This document shows, piece by piece, positions 23,900-39,065 of a DNA stretch of 64,000 nt; position 1 is the stretch's first letter; each line of letters begins with the position of its first letter. This DNA comes from Utricularia gibba (Eukaryota; Plantae; Magnoliophyta). The stretch lies in assembly GCA_002189035.1 (NCBI GenBank), contig NEEC01000026.1:62001-126000 (forward strand), written 5' to 3'. Made by a program: the position numbers and the translations under genes. Under the pieces are notes generated by a model that had not been told where the DNA came from, ran no database searches, and was given only the letters and a program-made list of their open reading frames with translations.

Positions 23900-26800
23900 A
23901 GGTGTATCATAGAGCACTGACTTTGTGTTGCTTTCTAACTTTCACGTAAGTGTTAAGTGTCATTTTGATACCATCTATTATGTCATTTTCTATGTCTAAA
24001 TATAATTAAAATGATCTAATTGTGGTTTATAATATAAGTTTTAGGTTTTATTTAGATTACCAAAATTGTCTTAATTAATGTATTTTATCCAATGTTTTAA
24101 GTTTAGTTTTTTCTAAGTATTGTTAGAGGTGAAAATGTGGAAGTGGAGAAAGAAAGCAGCAAAAAGCAACAACTTAAATCTTTCCAAAGAGACATCCCCT
24201 TTGAATTCATGAAGACCACAAACATATAATGATGAGCCTTGAGGTGCAGAACACGAGAACTTCTGATAGAAGAAATCATTTGTGTGGTGGTTTCAAAGTA
24301 AGAAGTCCCTTGTGAGTCACTCAAGACCACAATAAGATTATAGATACATAAAATTCAAATGGTGAGAGAATTTTTAGACTTGGGAATCCTAGTTTTCAGT
24401 TAGACTTTATTTATCTCTTTAGAGGATTTTCCTTTGACTTTTCTCTACAGTACTCTCTATGGTGCACAAGATAGTACTGTGCAACATAAATTATAGTGTC
24501 TTCAACAATATAGTATCATAAGGGAATGTGAGAGAATTTTGGATTGGTCTCAAACATCTAAAGAGAAAGGGTTCAATTAGAATTGTTAGTAAGACACACA
24601 AGGCCTAATACATTTGCGAAAATGTGAGCCATTGGGGTTATGATTGAATGTGGACAAAATATGAATTATCATAGGAGGCAAAATGACTCTGGAGATGTGT
24701 TTGATTGAATAATCACTTAAAACAAGCGGCGGTGTTTTAACTATTAAATGATTTTGTGTCATTTCATAATAGGTTTTTTCATTATTCTTAAGTGTTGTTG
24801 TATCTACATTACACTCCATTTTCTCATTATTTTTAATTAATTTTAAATATTTTATATTAATTTGATTTTTTTTTGAAGAAAAAGTATATTTTATGAATTT
24901 TCAAAACATTATTCGGCTCTATTTGAAGACAAATCAAGACATAACTTTTCAGGGCACGAATCTTAGACCAAGATTCAATCAAAAATTGAAAATTTGGTCC
25001 AAGATTCTTGAATGAGATAATGATTTGAAGATGTACACTCTTCATCTTGTGTCATTAATGTTTTATTGAGTCCTAGCAGCAAGATTAGAAATAAATCGAA
25101 TTGAAAACACACACATCAAGTCAGAAGGGCACACCATCTTTAGAGGGATAAAAAACACTATCTTTGTATGTAGATTCTAGTTCAATATAGTATGATGACA
25201 TAAACTATGCTTGTATTGGAAAAGGAAAAGAAGAGAGAGGATATTTTTTGAAAAAAGGAAGTTTTAGAACGATAAGAGGGAAGAAAAAAATGAAACAGAA
25301 GGAGGATTAGAGAAGAATACTTCCAACTTGAAGAACAACCACCGGAAACCTAGTGCAGTATTATTATGAGTTGTGAACTATGGTAGATGGAAAAAACATA
25401 AACTAATTTTATTTTATTTTAGTTTGCAAAATATTTTGCTCCTACTATAGTTCCTCTTACAATGTTTATGATATTTTTTTTAGTTTATGTTTGTGAAATT
25501 ATACTTTTGTGATCAAATATGAGTGGCTAGATTTTAGGAATATCTTAAGGTTTTTTAAAGTGATGTAGTTTAAGGTTTACTAAATAATCTACAATTGCAT
25601 CCATTGGTTATTCATTTTTCACATTTATCGAGTGTACCTAAGGGGAGGAGTGTCAGACATTACAACTCAAAGGTAGAATAATAAATCAAGATAGATAATA
25701 AATAATAATCTCACGTAAAACCCATAGAAATTGATAGAACTAATTCAATATATTACTCATGAGTAGATGTAAGTGTGAAATGTGTAAGGATATTAAAGAC
25801 CATCTTAGCCAAAAATATGAGGAATAACATGGATAGATGTAGGTTGTTTCAAGTTGTTTATGTATAAAATTATAGATTAAATTAATAATTCGAGTACTAT
25901 CACCTAGACTATCTTTAGGCATCATAATGTTATTTGGTGTAAAAACTAATTTTTATTACCTTTTGTGTTATGATATAATTTCAATTAGTGGACTTATGCA
26001 CCATTTTTAGTTTAACCTAGAACTACAAAGAAAATTATTCTGAAATTTTGCATTCCAAAAATACATTACAAGCACTAGTTATTTGTCATCAACCCTGAAA
26101 TTTATTGTGCAATTTGTGATGAACTTGTATTTTGTAAAGATTGGAGATTATATATTTATTTTCTTTACAACGATAGTCAATTTTCGTATATCACCTACTC
26201 TCCAAAATGACTACAACTACCCACTCTCTCATTGTATGATATTGTTTGCTTCGAACATCCAATCCTCATGATTTTATGTTCCCTCCTTCTAAGAAAAAGG
26301 TCTTATACAAGATTAGAGAAAATCCCTCTATATAAGCTCTCTCTCTCTAACTCGTCCGTAACTAATGTGAGATTTGTTTAAAATCCTTACACCTTTTATT
26401 AAGCGAAGTCCTTCCTCAATCAAGGCCCAAATCCATATCTTTCTGGATTCAAGCCTTGACACCATGATTATAAGAAGAAGTATAAGGCCATGATACCCTA
26501 TTACCTTATACAAAATCCAAATATGAGCTTAAGGCTTCAAATTCACGATCATAAATTGGATAAACAAATTAATTACTCTAAATCCATGAAACATCAAGTT
26601 AAATATAAAAAATGAACATAAGTTACAACAAAACATGATTTAGTTTTTCCTACATAACCCTACACGTAGCTATCTAAGTTGGCTATCACACAGCAAAAAT
26701 ATAGATGCATGACATCACTTTTGAAACGAACACCAATGCCATCTACACTTCTAAGCACATGTATGGAAGATATAGAAAATAGATGATCTCACAACTTCTT

Positions 26801-29800
26801 ACCTTAAGACTTAGATCACAACTTCTAGTCCTCCCCCTCTGTTGGTCACCTGAAATGATTTTTAGCGATCAAGCCATTGAAACACATTCAAGTAATAAGA
26901 GAAGTATGTAGAACAATCAATATCATTCCCATAGAAAAACCATATAGGAAAGAGATCACATAAAACATGAAACATTTAGCACATATGAGTTCATTAGCTA
27001 TATGACTATTTACGTGATGGTTGCGCTCTCTTATTCTCACTAACCTTGATTTGGAAACCTTAGAAACTGAAGATAAGAGGTTTATTTAGCCATAACCTCA
27101 TCAAATCAGCAAAAGGTAGATACTTCCTTCACCAACCCCACTAGATTTTAACCCCTCAAATATTTCCTTTCATTTCCTCAATCTTGAATTGTCTAGTGTT
27201 CCCTAAGGAGTTGCCTCAAAACATGCTAGAAATATAGAAATATGCATTCATAGTTTCTCTAAAGCCTTCTAAATCAGTCATAGCATTTTATAACATAAAT
27301 CACTCAAAAAATAGCAAGATAGTTATGTAAAAAAAACTCAATTTTGGAAGTCTGTTCCTTGTTCAAAAATTAAGAAAATATCATTGGAAAGCTAAGGTCA
27401 AGGCTTTCTAGAAGACCAAGTAGCATTGAAACCCAACCATCCAATCATAAGTTATGAATTGTTAAAATGGACTCAGAAAATAATTCCTAAATAGACTGAA
27501 CTTTCAAGCAATTTGTATAGAAACACCATGACTTTCTACTCTGAGATCCAAGATGAGCAAACCTTTTCAAATAAGAAATCTAACTTAAGGATTTACAACA
27601 TTCATGTTCATCACATGATGAAATTTATGATACATAAGTCCAGAAAAGCGATAGAACATAAAGACAGTCATACAATTACATAATTAATCAAAAAATACAT
27701 AACAAAATCTAAGAACTCCATCATCCTGCTTACACTTGAAAAAATTCGATAGTTCCAAAGCCAAAACCTTCCACTATATCTCTACTTTTATCCTGAAAAA
27801 AATTAGAATTTGAGAACACTCAATCAGCTGAACAAAAATTTATTTCCAGAACCGTGCAAACTACGCACCCTTTTTTTCCAACTTGTTGTTCAAGAGTTTT
27901 CTTCGGTTTTTGGGCCTTACAAGAGCTTCAAAGCTTAATTTATTTCCTTATACCATCTTGAACATACTATTTGCCCAAAAGATGGCTACCACATTGCAGT
28001 AATAATTAGCATATATTTACATTTCCTTATTCCCTTATTCCTTATCTAAATTTCAGACGAAATGTTGGTATCTCACAATGACAAAATGTTGGTGTCTCAT
28101 ATGACATTGACACCCTCTAAGTCATAAGGAAATACATCATTAGATGTATTAGCATATGAAAAATTCATATATTGACCCATGATATTCAGAATGATGGGAT
28201 AATTCGAATGAACCGAAGATGCATCAACATGCTCCTCAACCTTTTTTATGAATTTTCTCTGCTTGCTCACCCCTACAATGCTAATGGAATTGTCTTTAAT
28301 AGTATGATTGTTGCGTGTCGTTTCCTCAACAAATTTTAAATATATAAAGCGTAAAACACAAAAGAGCGTAGTACGAGTATCGATCTCAGGGAGTTGTTTT
28401 TCGTGAAAAGTGTTTTGTAAGAAACTTCTACAAAATGTCACGGTTTTGTAAAAAGGGGTTTGTGAAATGCAGAAATAAAAGTTACAACCTAAGTGATGGG
28501 TCTTGACTATGGGGCGTAGTTCCTGGGAATGAAATTCCATCTCATTTTTTTGTCTATCCTTGCATCGGTTTTCACTATTGTCTTTCGAATAGCTGGTTAT
28601 AGGAGTAAGTAATAGTCTACTTTTCCTTACACTCTGATTGATAAGGAGGCACGAGAACAACCTCATGTGATTGCAGTCGATTGCCTTCAAAACAGAATTG
28701 CGCGCATGTGCCCAACTGTTGCCAATGGCCAGTGGTAGGCTCGAGGTCACAACCTGTCCAGTATCGCGGTACTTAGGCCACAAACAATCCGATACTTCCC
28801 TCGAACCGGTAGGGTTGGAGTTGGTGCTCTTCACCTTGATCTTCACCAAAATCTGCGAGGAGTAGCTTGCTACTTATGGACCTTGACTAGGAGTCGTTAC
28901 AGAAAGACTGCAATAAGACGCGTTGAAGTATGCAAAATCCAAAATGAATTCAGTGAAGAATCGAGTGTATTGCTCAAGACTTGGAAGAAAACTTCATCTA
29001 CTCCCAAAAACTAAAGAGTTTTAGCCACAAAGAGTCATGAAAACAGAAAATGAAATTGGAAACGAAGTGGGAGGAAGAACTCAAAAGTTCTAAGTACAAA
29101 GACTAAGTGTGAAAAGGTTCAAAAGCTCCTAAACAAGTGTTCCAAGTCGCGTACAAGGTACGAAAAGTCAGAGTTTGACCTCTTGCAATACTCTTGTAAC
29201 ACTCCACGACTGTCTCTGACATGTCTCAATCAAAGTGTGTGAAAAAGACAGAAAACATAGAAAATAGAAAAATAGGATTTTTTTTAGGAAAATCAATTAC
29301 TTATCAATATAATTCTTAATTGGGCACCTAATATATAATTAACACATAATAATACTTAATAAATAACTAGAAAATGACACTGAATAGTGATTCTTTCCAA
29401 AGATGTCCCTCCACTCCACATAATACGGCCACCATTTGTATCATAGTCCCCCTCCCCCCCCCCCTCCCTCCCCCAGCCTTGGTACATCCTATAATAACCC
29501 CACAATCAGAACCAGCCAAACAAATTCAATTATAACAAATGTGTATCTATTCAATCTCCTTTCATACTTTTTCTAGAATCTATAATCAAGGTTACCTTGT
29601 TGAAACTTGTGCCTCATTTGACTAAAAAATACATAAGAAGGTAATAGTTTTTTTTTTTCATATATGCACCTTACTTGATATTTACGAATGTGCATCAACA
29701 TCTATTCTTGGGTGAAGCTTCAAGAATGCTAATTGTAGCGTTTGGTGATACCTATTCTTAAAACTGTTCTCAATCTTTCAACCCTCTACCACTATTTATT

Positions 29801-29960
29801 TCAAAGTGCCTAAAAGATACGTCTCCTTAGGCTTTCAATTTCTTTTGGCTTTTTTGTTACATTTTTCGATAGCCATTGGGAAGCATCTCTACTGATTTAC
29901 AAGAAGGAAACTAAGCAAGAAGAAGTGATTTAGGGATCAGTAACATACAACATAGTAATC
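23900..29960. mobile_element. Mosaic of old LTR-retrotransposon (probably Gypsy) non-coding remnants
   Basis: AT-rich and gene-free. 24800-24970 resembles 57600-57780 (ACTCCATTTTCTCATTATTTT..., AAATCAAGA..., GCACGAATCT). LTR-like ends such as GTCGTTACA at 28893-28901. Element boundaries not resolved. Confidence 0.5.
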
Positions 29961-31122
29961 TGATAAACGAAAAATTCACACGTCGTAAATGTAAATCTTT
30001 CTATCAAATAAATTTATAATCTAATACACATTCAAGTATAAAACAATTATAAGCATAGTGATTATGGTCGAACACAAAGAGCAAGTGCTTGCTATGTGAA
30101 AGTTAATGCATGAAATCAGTGTCACGTTGGTAGAATTGATCTTAACTAGGACTAAGACAGAATTACAACGAAATACATTAAGTAAAAGTAATAAGCCTTG
30201 GAGCTCGGTTGTTTGTGGAATGAGATGGGTGATGCCTTGGGACTCCTAGGGAATGCATGTTTATCATTAAACAAGCTCATACAAACCACAAATCATACAA
30301 CTAACTCACAAGGTCTAGGTCTACCTGAACTCTTGTTTTCCCCCATAATCTTTGGTCTATCTCCAGTTAGGGTTGTTAAGATAGGTTTCACCACTTCCCT
30401 CTCTTGGATCTATCCTTATTTTTTTAAGGAAGTGGCATGATTTATGGTTGATTAGGTCTAAGGATGGATTAGCATAATTCTCCCATTTTCACCCCAAGGC
30501 ACCCCCTAAGTGCTTAGCCACTCATGCTTAAGACAAACAAAATAGAAAAGAAAACATCATCTATAATGCACTCATGTCTCAGTCGACTACCAGAAAGTAA
30601 ACAAGCAGGAAACTTAAAAATTCAACAGAAAGTTGGAAATGTCACTAGCTAATCTTAGCTAAGAGTAATAATCTTTGGAAAGCAGAAAATATTCTTCAAA
30701 CATTAGCTTAGTTCCTGTTCGTCTTCCTCCTTCCTCCCCAGAAAACTTTCTCCAGAAAATGTGTCGTTAGTCTCCAATGGGGAGATCTGCTTTCTCTCTC
30801 CATCTTTCCCCCCTTTTGTCCAAAATCCCAATTTTCATCTCCTTGGATTTTGTGTGTACTACTTTTCAGACTTCTGCCACCTTTTTTGCCACTACACTGT
30901 TCATATTCGGCTCATTGGGATTTGTGTTGCGACGTGTGCTGCATTGCTCGAAGGAAACTATTAGAAGATTGGGACTAAATCTGATTTAGTCCTAACTAAG
31001 ACTAAACTAACATAACTACAGTACTTTGTGCAAAAATATAGAACTAATCAGTAAAATCTGATTTTTGTAGCACAATATGAGTAATTTCTATACATTCCAT
31101 CACTCAAAAATATGTGTTATCA
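29961..31122. mobile_element. Solo LTR (Gypsy/Athila-like), 1162 bp
   Basis: TGATAA...TTATCA termini; 5-bp TSD TAATC at 29956-29960 and 31123-31127; homologous along its length to 58894-60057. Confidence 0.9.
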
Positions 31123-32218
31123 TAATCCTACAATGCACAGTTTGAAACTCAAATCAATCGAAGTCCAATCCATTTTCTAAAGATATTTTTATCTTAAATT
31201 CAAATAAATTATGCTTATAAATCAAATATGAATTATCTTTTGAACACACAAAATACATTTATCTATATTCAAATAAATTAAATCAAATTTAACATACTAC
31301 ACACCAATGAAACGTCAAGTTATAGGTAGGCTCATCAACGTACATAGTAGCCCAGCGTGTGGAATGTAGAAAAAGGTGTTGACTGCGTCAACGATGAGGC
31401 CAGAAGTATCCGGTGAGTAAAAAATCGATTGAAGATCCCGCATTGGCTTCGCCGTGTCATCCATGGGAGCACCTTGATACACCTCCATTGTCACCTCACC
31501 AGTAAAGTCTCTCGCTTCCAAGCTTCAGTCTCTTTCCTCTTTCTTCTCAGAACTCAGGAAGAGACAAATCCTGAAAAATTGAGAATCGACCCGCTTGCGG
31601 GAATTCCAGTGGGGCTGCGTTTGGACACATAGAAGGCACAAATGCAGGAAGAAAACAAGAGGGTGAGGGGAATGATAGATGTTGAAGCATATCTCTATAT
31701 CAACTATGCATCGGAGAACAACATTGCCTCTCAGATGAGTTGGGTGGCCGTCGATATCCCGGATGCCCTTCTTGAGCTGCGGCAGCTCACTGCACTGGGC
31801 AACCAATTCCTGCTTCAGCAAACATTTCCATTTGATGAACGGTGCGCAATTGCCACTGGCCGTATGATCTTGATATTGCTTACTTTGACGTGGATCCAGG
31901 AGCCCTCCCTGTTAACCAATATTTCCTTACGTACTGTACTAGCTCCGGGCCCGGACGTCCGTTATGGCCCAAGGGAGCTCATACGTCATACACCCACAAG
32001 TCACAAATACAATCTTTGATGCCATCGGATATAACAAGCTGTAGTAAGCAAGCCAATTCTCCGTAAAATTTGCATATACAAACAGTTGAGGAAAGCGAGG
32101 CAAACACTCAGGACAACGGAGACATAAAGACACTGCTGGTTGGGATGATGGGATAAGACAAGTGGAACTGGAACATCTATGCAGCAGCCACAGGGGAACT
32201 AGAATTTATTCCTCCAAT

Positions 32219-34422
<2,204 letters not shown>

Positions 34423-35137
34423 TCTCTCTTAACACCCAGTGCAAGGATAAATATTTCAGAAGAATCTGAAACGAAACAAGATTTTTTAAAAAAAGTGGCA
34501 AAAATGACGATATACCCAACCAAAATCAGGAAAACCCACTAGGCGTAAATTTTGTTCCAAGTGGCCGGCAGCCTAAAAAAAACTTCCAGGAATTTTGAAA
34601 ATCACAGCAACGAAAAAAATTTCCACCGGCGACAACTAGATCTGAAGCGTAAACAACAAGAACCTATCGGTCATGCTCATCCAAACGCAAAGAAATCACA
34701 ATCGCGGCCCTAGATACAAACCTGAACTACGGCCAAACCTCAACCCAAAAGAGAATTACCTATCTGTCCAGGAATCCACAACAGCTCCAAAAAGAAGAAC
34801 AAAAGAAGAGGAATTCCTCCAAATACAGCGGCAAATTGGGTCAACAAAAGGATTAATGTTGCAGTGCAATCCGTTGGGGTGCCACTGCCAACCGCTACCT
34901 GCGCCTGTTAACTTTCTCTCGGTGTTTCTGCTTTTGACCAGTCAACGCGGTGTCGGGTCCTCACGAATCACTTTAGAAAATCCAATCGCGTCGTACCATC
35001 TCAACTTGCCAATCACAACCTTTTCCAAAAAGTAATTCACTCCTTTTACACCTTTTTTTTAATAAAAAAAAGCTTCGTGAACCCATAATTACGAGCCCTC
35101 CTCCTCCTCCACCGCACTTGGGTTGGTAACTGAGTGC

Positions 35138-35190
35138 GCCCCATAGGAAAGGGCGGCCCGGCCCGGCCCATCAATACACTCGCCCATCCC
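35138..35190 (-). promoter_or_regulatory. Cluster of site II-like (GGCCCA/GCCCAT) motifs upstream of GSK3
   Basis: GCCCATAGG, GGCCCGGCCCGGCCCATC (GGCCCA at 35165-35170) and GCCCATCC lie between the cyclase 3' end and the GSK3 leader. Motif match only. Confidence 0.4.
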
Positions 35191-35298
35191 CATTGCATTC
35201 TAACTTTCTTTCCACATTTACAGAAGTTGAGTTGCAGACAGATGATATTCATCAAGAAATTGCAAGGAACGGAAAGAGTCCCTGAGGTGTGTGATGTG

Positions 35299-36512
35299 TT
35301 ACTTTGCTGTAGATTTGGTGTAGCGGCCCTTCGCAAACTCTGCAAAGCGCTCCAGACCCTGCATCAGCAAGCTTTCCAGGAAGGGAGCCAGGGCCTGAGT
35401 CAATGAGCACGGCCACGCTGTGAGACAAGAGTCTGTTGAAAAAGTGTGGAAAAGAAATAAACACTTACAGAGGCCACCGGCGCCAGCAGTTGAGGAACTT
35501 CGTACGAAATGGTAAGCTGGAAGGCAAGAAACCCAACTTTCAGATTGCCATACTAAAATTCTGTTAGTAACACACAATTCTGGGGAAAATAGCCTACTTC
35601 CACAACACAAGCGGTAGCTCCTTTGGGGAAAAACCTTACAGCTCCCCTGCGGAAAGTAACAGAGAACTGATGCATGCCATCTTCAAGGCAAGAAATAGCA
35701 TAAATTGTGGGATAAATGAAGGCCTTGAGCTAAAATAGCAAGAGGTTTTCGTAGATACAACAGAAGGTTGCACATCGGATCACCTGTTAGGAAGCCCCTC
35801 CAGAGATGTCCAGTGAATTTTCTGATTCGGAATCGGCTGCGAGGTGCGACACATAACAACGATCAGGCCAACAAGACAGGTGATGAAACAGGATGCACCA
35901 GCTGTCTGTTACCTGCATATTTCTGGCAAGCCAAGCGAACTCGATATCACGGCCGAAAGCTTCGTACTTGAGCGACCAGCGTGAAAGATCAGGCTTGTCT
36001 TCCAAAACCTAGAACAGCCCCGTCACTTTATTCCCCAAATAACTCAACCAACGCACTCGGGCAAGATTTGGGATATCAATCCAACATTAGGTTCTAATGC
36101 AAGCCCTAACTCACCTTAACCGACGAAATGAATGGCATCCACTGTGCAATTGCTTCACGATCGGAGTAGCATCTGTAAGCAACCGACGTGGGCACGTCGA
36201 TCTCCTTCCTTACCCTGAAGGCGGCCATTCAGAAAGGAGGACAACGGTGACAATAACAGGAGACAAAATACAGAGGGAGGCTACGATTTACGTGCAATCC
36301 TGCCACTGCATAGCTGGGGAGAAGGCTTGTCGGAGTTTGTCGGGAAAAAGGAAGTAAATCGACGCGGTGCTCTCGGAAACATAATATCCGGGGAAACTCC
36401 GCCGGCGCTTATTCTGCGACGGAGAGAGTTGGAGGGAAGGAATACCTGCGCTCCGTAGCGCAATTGAAGTCAACCTGAAACGCATTCCAGCAGCGGATGA
36501 TATCGACATCAT
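35299..36512 (-). CDS. Polyketide cyclase/dehydrase and lipid transport (SRPBCC) family protein, likely plastid-targeted (At4g01883/At1g02470-like), about 220 aa
   Basis: Exons 36512-36292, 36214-36115, 36008-35913, 35836-35784, 35646-35598, 35516-35469, 35394-35299 (663 nt). MQWQDCTVRKEIDVPTSVAY..WMPFISSVKVLEDKPDLSRWSLKY..KIHWTSLEGLPNRGAVRFFP; Ser/Arg-rich N-terminal extension. Confidence 0.93.
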
Positions 36513-38605
36513 TTCGCCCTCGGCAGCTAACCTTCCTGCCCGATCTGTCTATTTTCTCTCCACAAGCATATGTATTTAAAGGAACTCAATTCCAATGACC
36601 CCGCTGAGAGAAGACTGACGCACGAGCGCCTAGTAACGTATTGGGCCTCCTCCTTCCCTCATTTAGCTAAGCGCTAAATATCATTTTCTCAGTATCAGTG
36701 TCCATCTTTTCTTCTCTGCTCATCAGGAGTTCGCCGGTGCGATGATGCCGAAGGGGCAGGGGGACTAATTCTCCGGAAGGAAGTTAAACGACTTATGTAT
36801 TGGAGTCTCTTTTGGAATTCCTGGAGTTACAAATAGGTCGCACCCAAAATCTATTGGGGCACATCGTGGCTCGTTTGGACACTCTCGGCACCACTAACAC
36901 GGGGAAACTTGGAGGAACCCCAAGTAAGCAGTACTAATCTTCTTCTATTGATTCTTTCCCAGAAGAAGATAGTCAGAGTTACCAGGGGTATTGGCCGGTG
37001 ATCGGACTACAAGCGAGGCGATTTTCTTCTCTTCTCCATTCCCGGGAGGTCAGATTTTGAGTACTTCTCGGCAACCCCTGCAGAAGTTGATGGAGCAAGG
37101 TTAAACAAGAGACGTACACACACATTTTAAGGTTACACGGACGTTAGCATATCAATCTCTTCAAAACCAAATGAAAAGATTCATCATTTCCCACAACACG
37201 AGTACCCGTTTGAGGGTGATTAGAAATATGACCATCATCCTGTTATGTATGTGTTGATAGGAGTTACTGATTTTTCGTTGTTTTCTGTGGGATCTTCAAT
37301 AATATTAATGACTCACCCGTGGATTTCGAAAAAGCAAACATGGAAACGATGATCCAAAAAAAAAATGGAAAATCGAAAGTGCTATATTCATCGAGGAGGA
37401 TAGCACTGAAAACGTGTTAGGTTTGACAAGGATTTAGATCGGGAAGCTCTTAAATCTAACAGGGAAAGCTAGTCTTATTGGAAAATAACCAGGAGGGTTT
37501 GATTGGAAGGGTTCTTTCTTCCTTCGCTCTTCCCTCCTCGGTTCCCCTATTCCTCCTCCCGATAGTCCCCTACTTATTATATGATAACACAGGTCGTATC
37601 TTTGCATTATATGATGGGGTAGTGAGTTTTCCTTCATTTTCAGAAAAAAAAAGACCATTCTATGCTGATCTAAATCTATAAAGATGCCAAAGAGGAGAGG
37701 CACACACTCTCTGGAGCCTCATGAGGAGTTTATGATATGGGACAATGAGCATGTCCCATCAGACAAGATGGGGGCATCTCGCTTGACTTCATCGGGTGAA
37801 TCTGTATGCCCATCACCATGTCAGTAGTTTCCTATTTTCAGAGGTTCCTTGAACTGGATCTTTCAACCTTCTTCTTCCCTTTTGACATAACTTAGTAAGA
37901 TAATCGTTCCCTCGCAACATTAGCCCCTTAAACTCGAGTCTTTTCATGTTAGGCCGATGATGAGGCCACTGATCACTGGGGTGAGAGTTACACTACATGT
38001 TAGTAGGTGCAGAGTCCATCCCTTGTGTTTTATGGAGGAGGTTTGTTTATAGCATGTGACATTCCAAGTTTGGATCACTAGCTTTCCTGATGCTTTCCAC
38101 TCTTTGTAGTCTTCTTCTGCTTCCCTCATGAGAGTCAAAAGAAATAAAGTAGGGGGTGCTCATTGGCATTCCTTCTTTGCTTGGCTTTTTCGATGCATCG
38201 ACATCTTCGGCAACTGACATGAGAAGTGGTAGTAGCAGTAGGATGGCCTGGGCTCTCTGGTAGCATTTAGTGTGGTATTTTAGAAAAAAATCCAATGTGT
38301 TTTGGCTGTATTAGAAATCCATACTCCTTTATATATATTTTTTTGTGCATGATGCGTGTGAAAGAAATGAACAGTAAGTAAATTTCAAATACACCTGATT
38401 AGGAGCCCAACATACAAGTAGGCCCTGGTTTAGCACCAAAAGTGTTCGTCCAACTTCTCTTCAAGATACCATTTGTAGTTTTTTCACATTTGTTGAGTGT
38501 GCTAAAAGATAAGGGGTTTATTTAGAGATTTGTTTGTTCCAATAGGTAACAAGTGTATGGTGCCTCTAGCCCTCCCCTCACAAGGTTACCCCAATAGGTA
38601 ACAAG

Positions 38606-38636
<31 letters not shown>

Positions 38637-39065
38637 ATCAGATTGATATATGTTTAGTGATTGTTTGTTTGTTTGAAAAATAAATTATTTGTTGTTGTAA
38701 TTCTTAGTTTATGTATGTTTGTTTGATTTGATTTGCTATTGAGACCTTACCAAAGCATGAGAAGCAATGAAATAAAAAAAAAATTTCCAGCACATGGGAT
38801 GTCGCCTATCCCAAAAAGCCAATTCATATAGCAATAAAAAAAATACCAAGTGGAATTTGTTATGTTCCATTGTAATGATTAACCAAGTAGAAATAAAGTA
38901 AGTTATATAACATCATTTAATAACCAATCACATCATGATGCAAACTCATCAACATTTTACTTGTAATAAAATTTTTAACAACAATAAAATCTTCAACAAA
39001 CAATAGACAACAACGTTTAAATGAAAAACAAAATACATAATCACTAGCTAAGTATTTTCATAATG

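Noticed and set aside
36415-36620. Apparent extra mini-exons (VDFNCATER etc.) with GT/AG-like borders
   Set aside because: The same bases form the continuous first exon and transit peptide of the SRPBCC gene in another frame, and the alternative frame contains a stop.
37430-38300. Several 60-90 aa ORFs, possibly retroelement accessory sequence
   Set aside because: No recognisable domain and no element boundaries.
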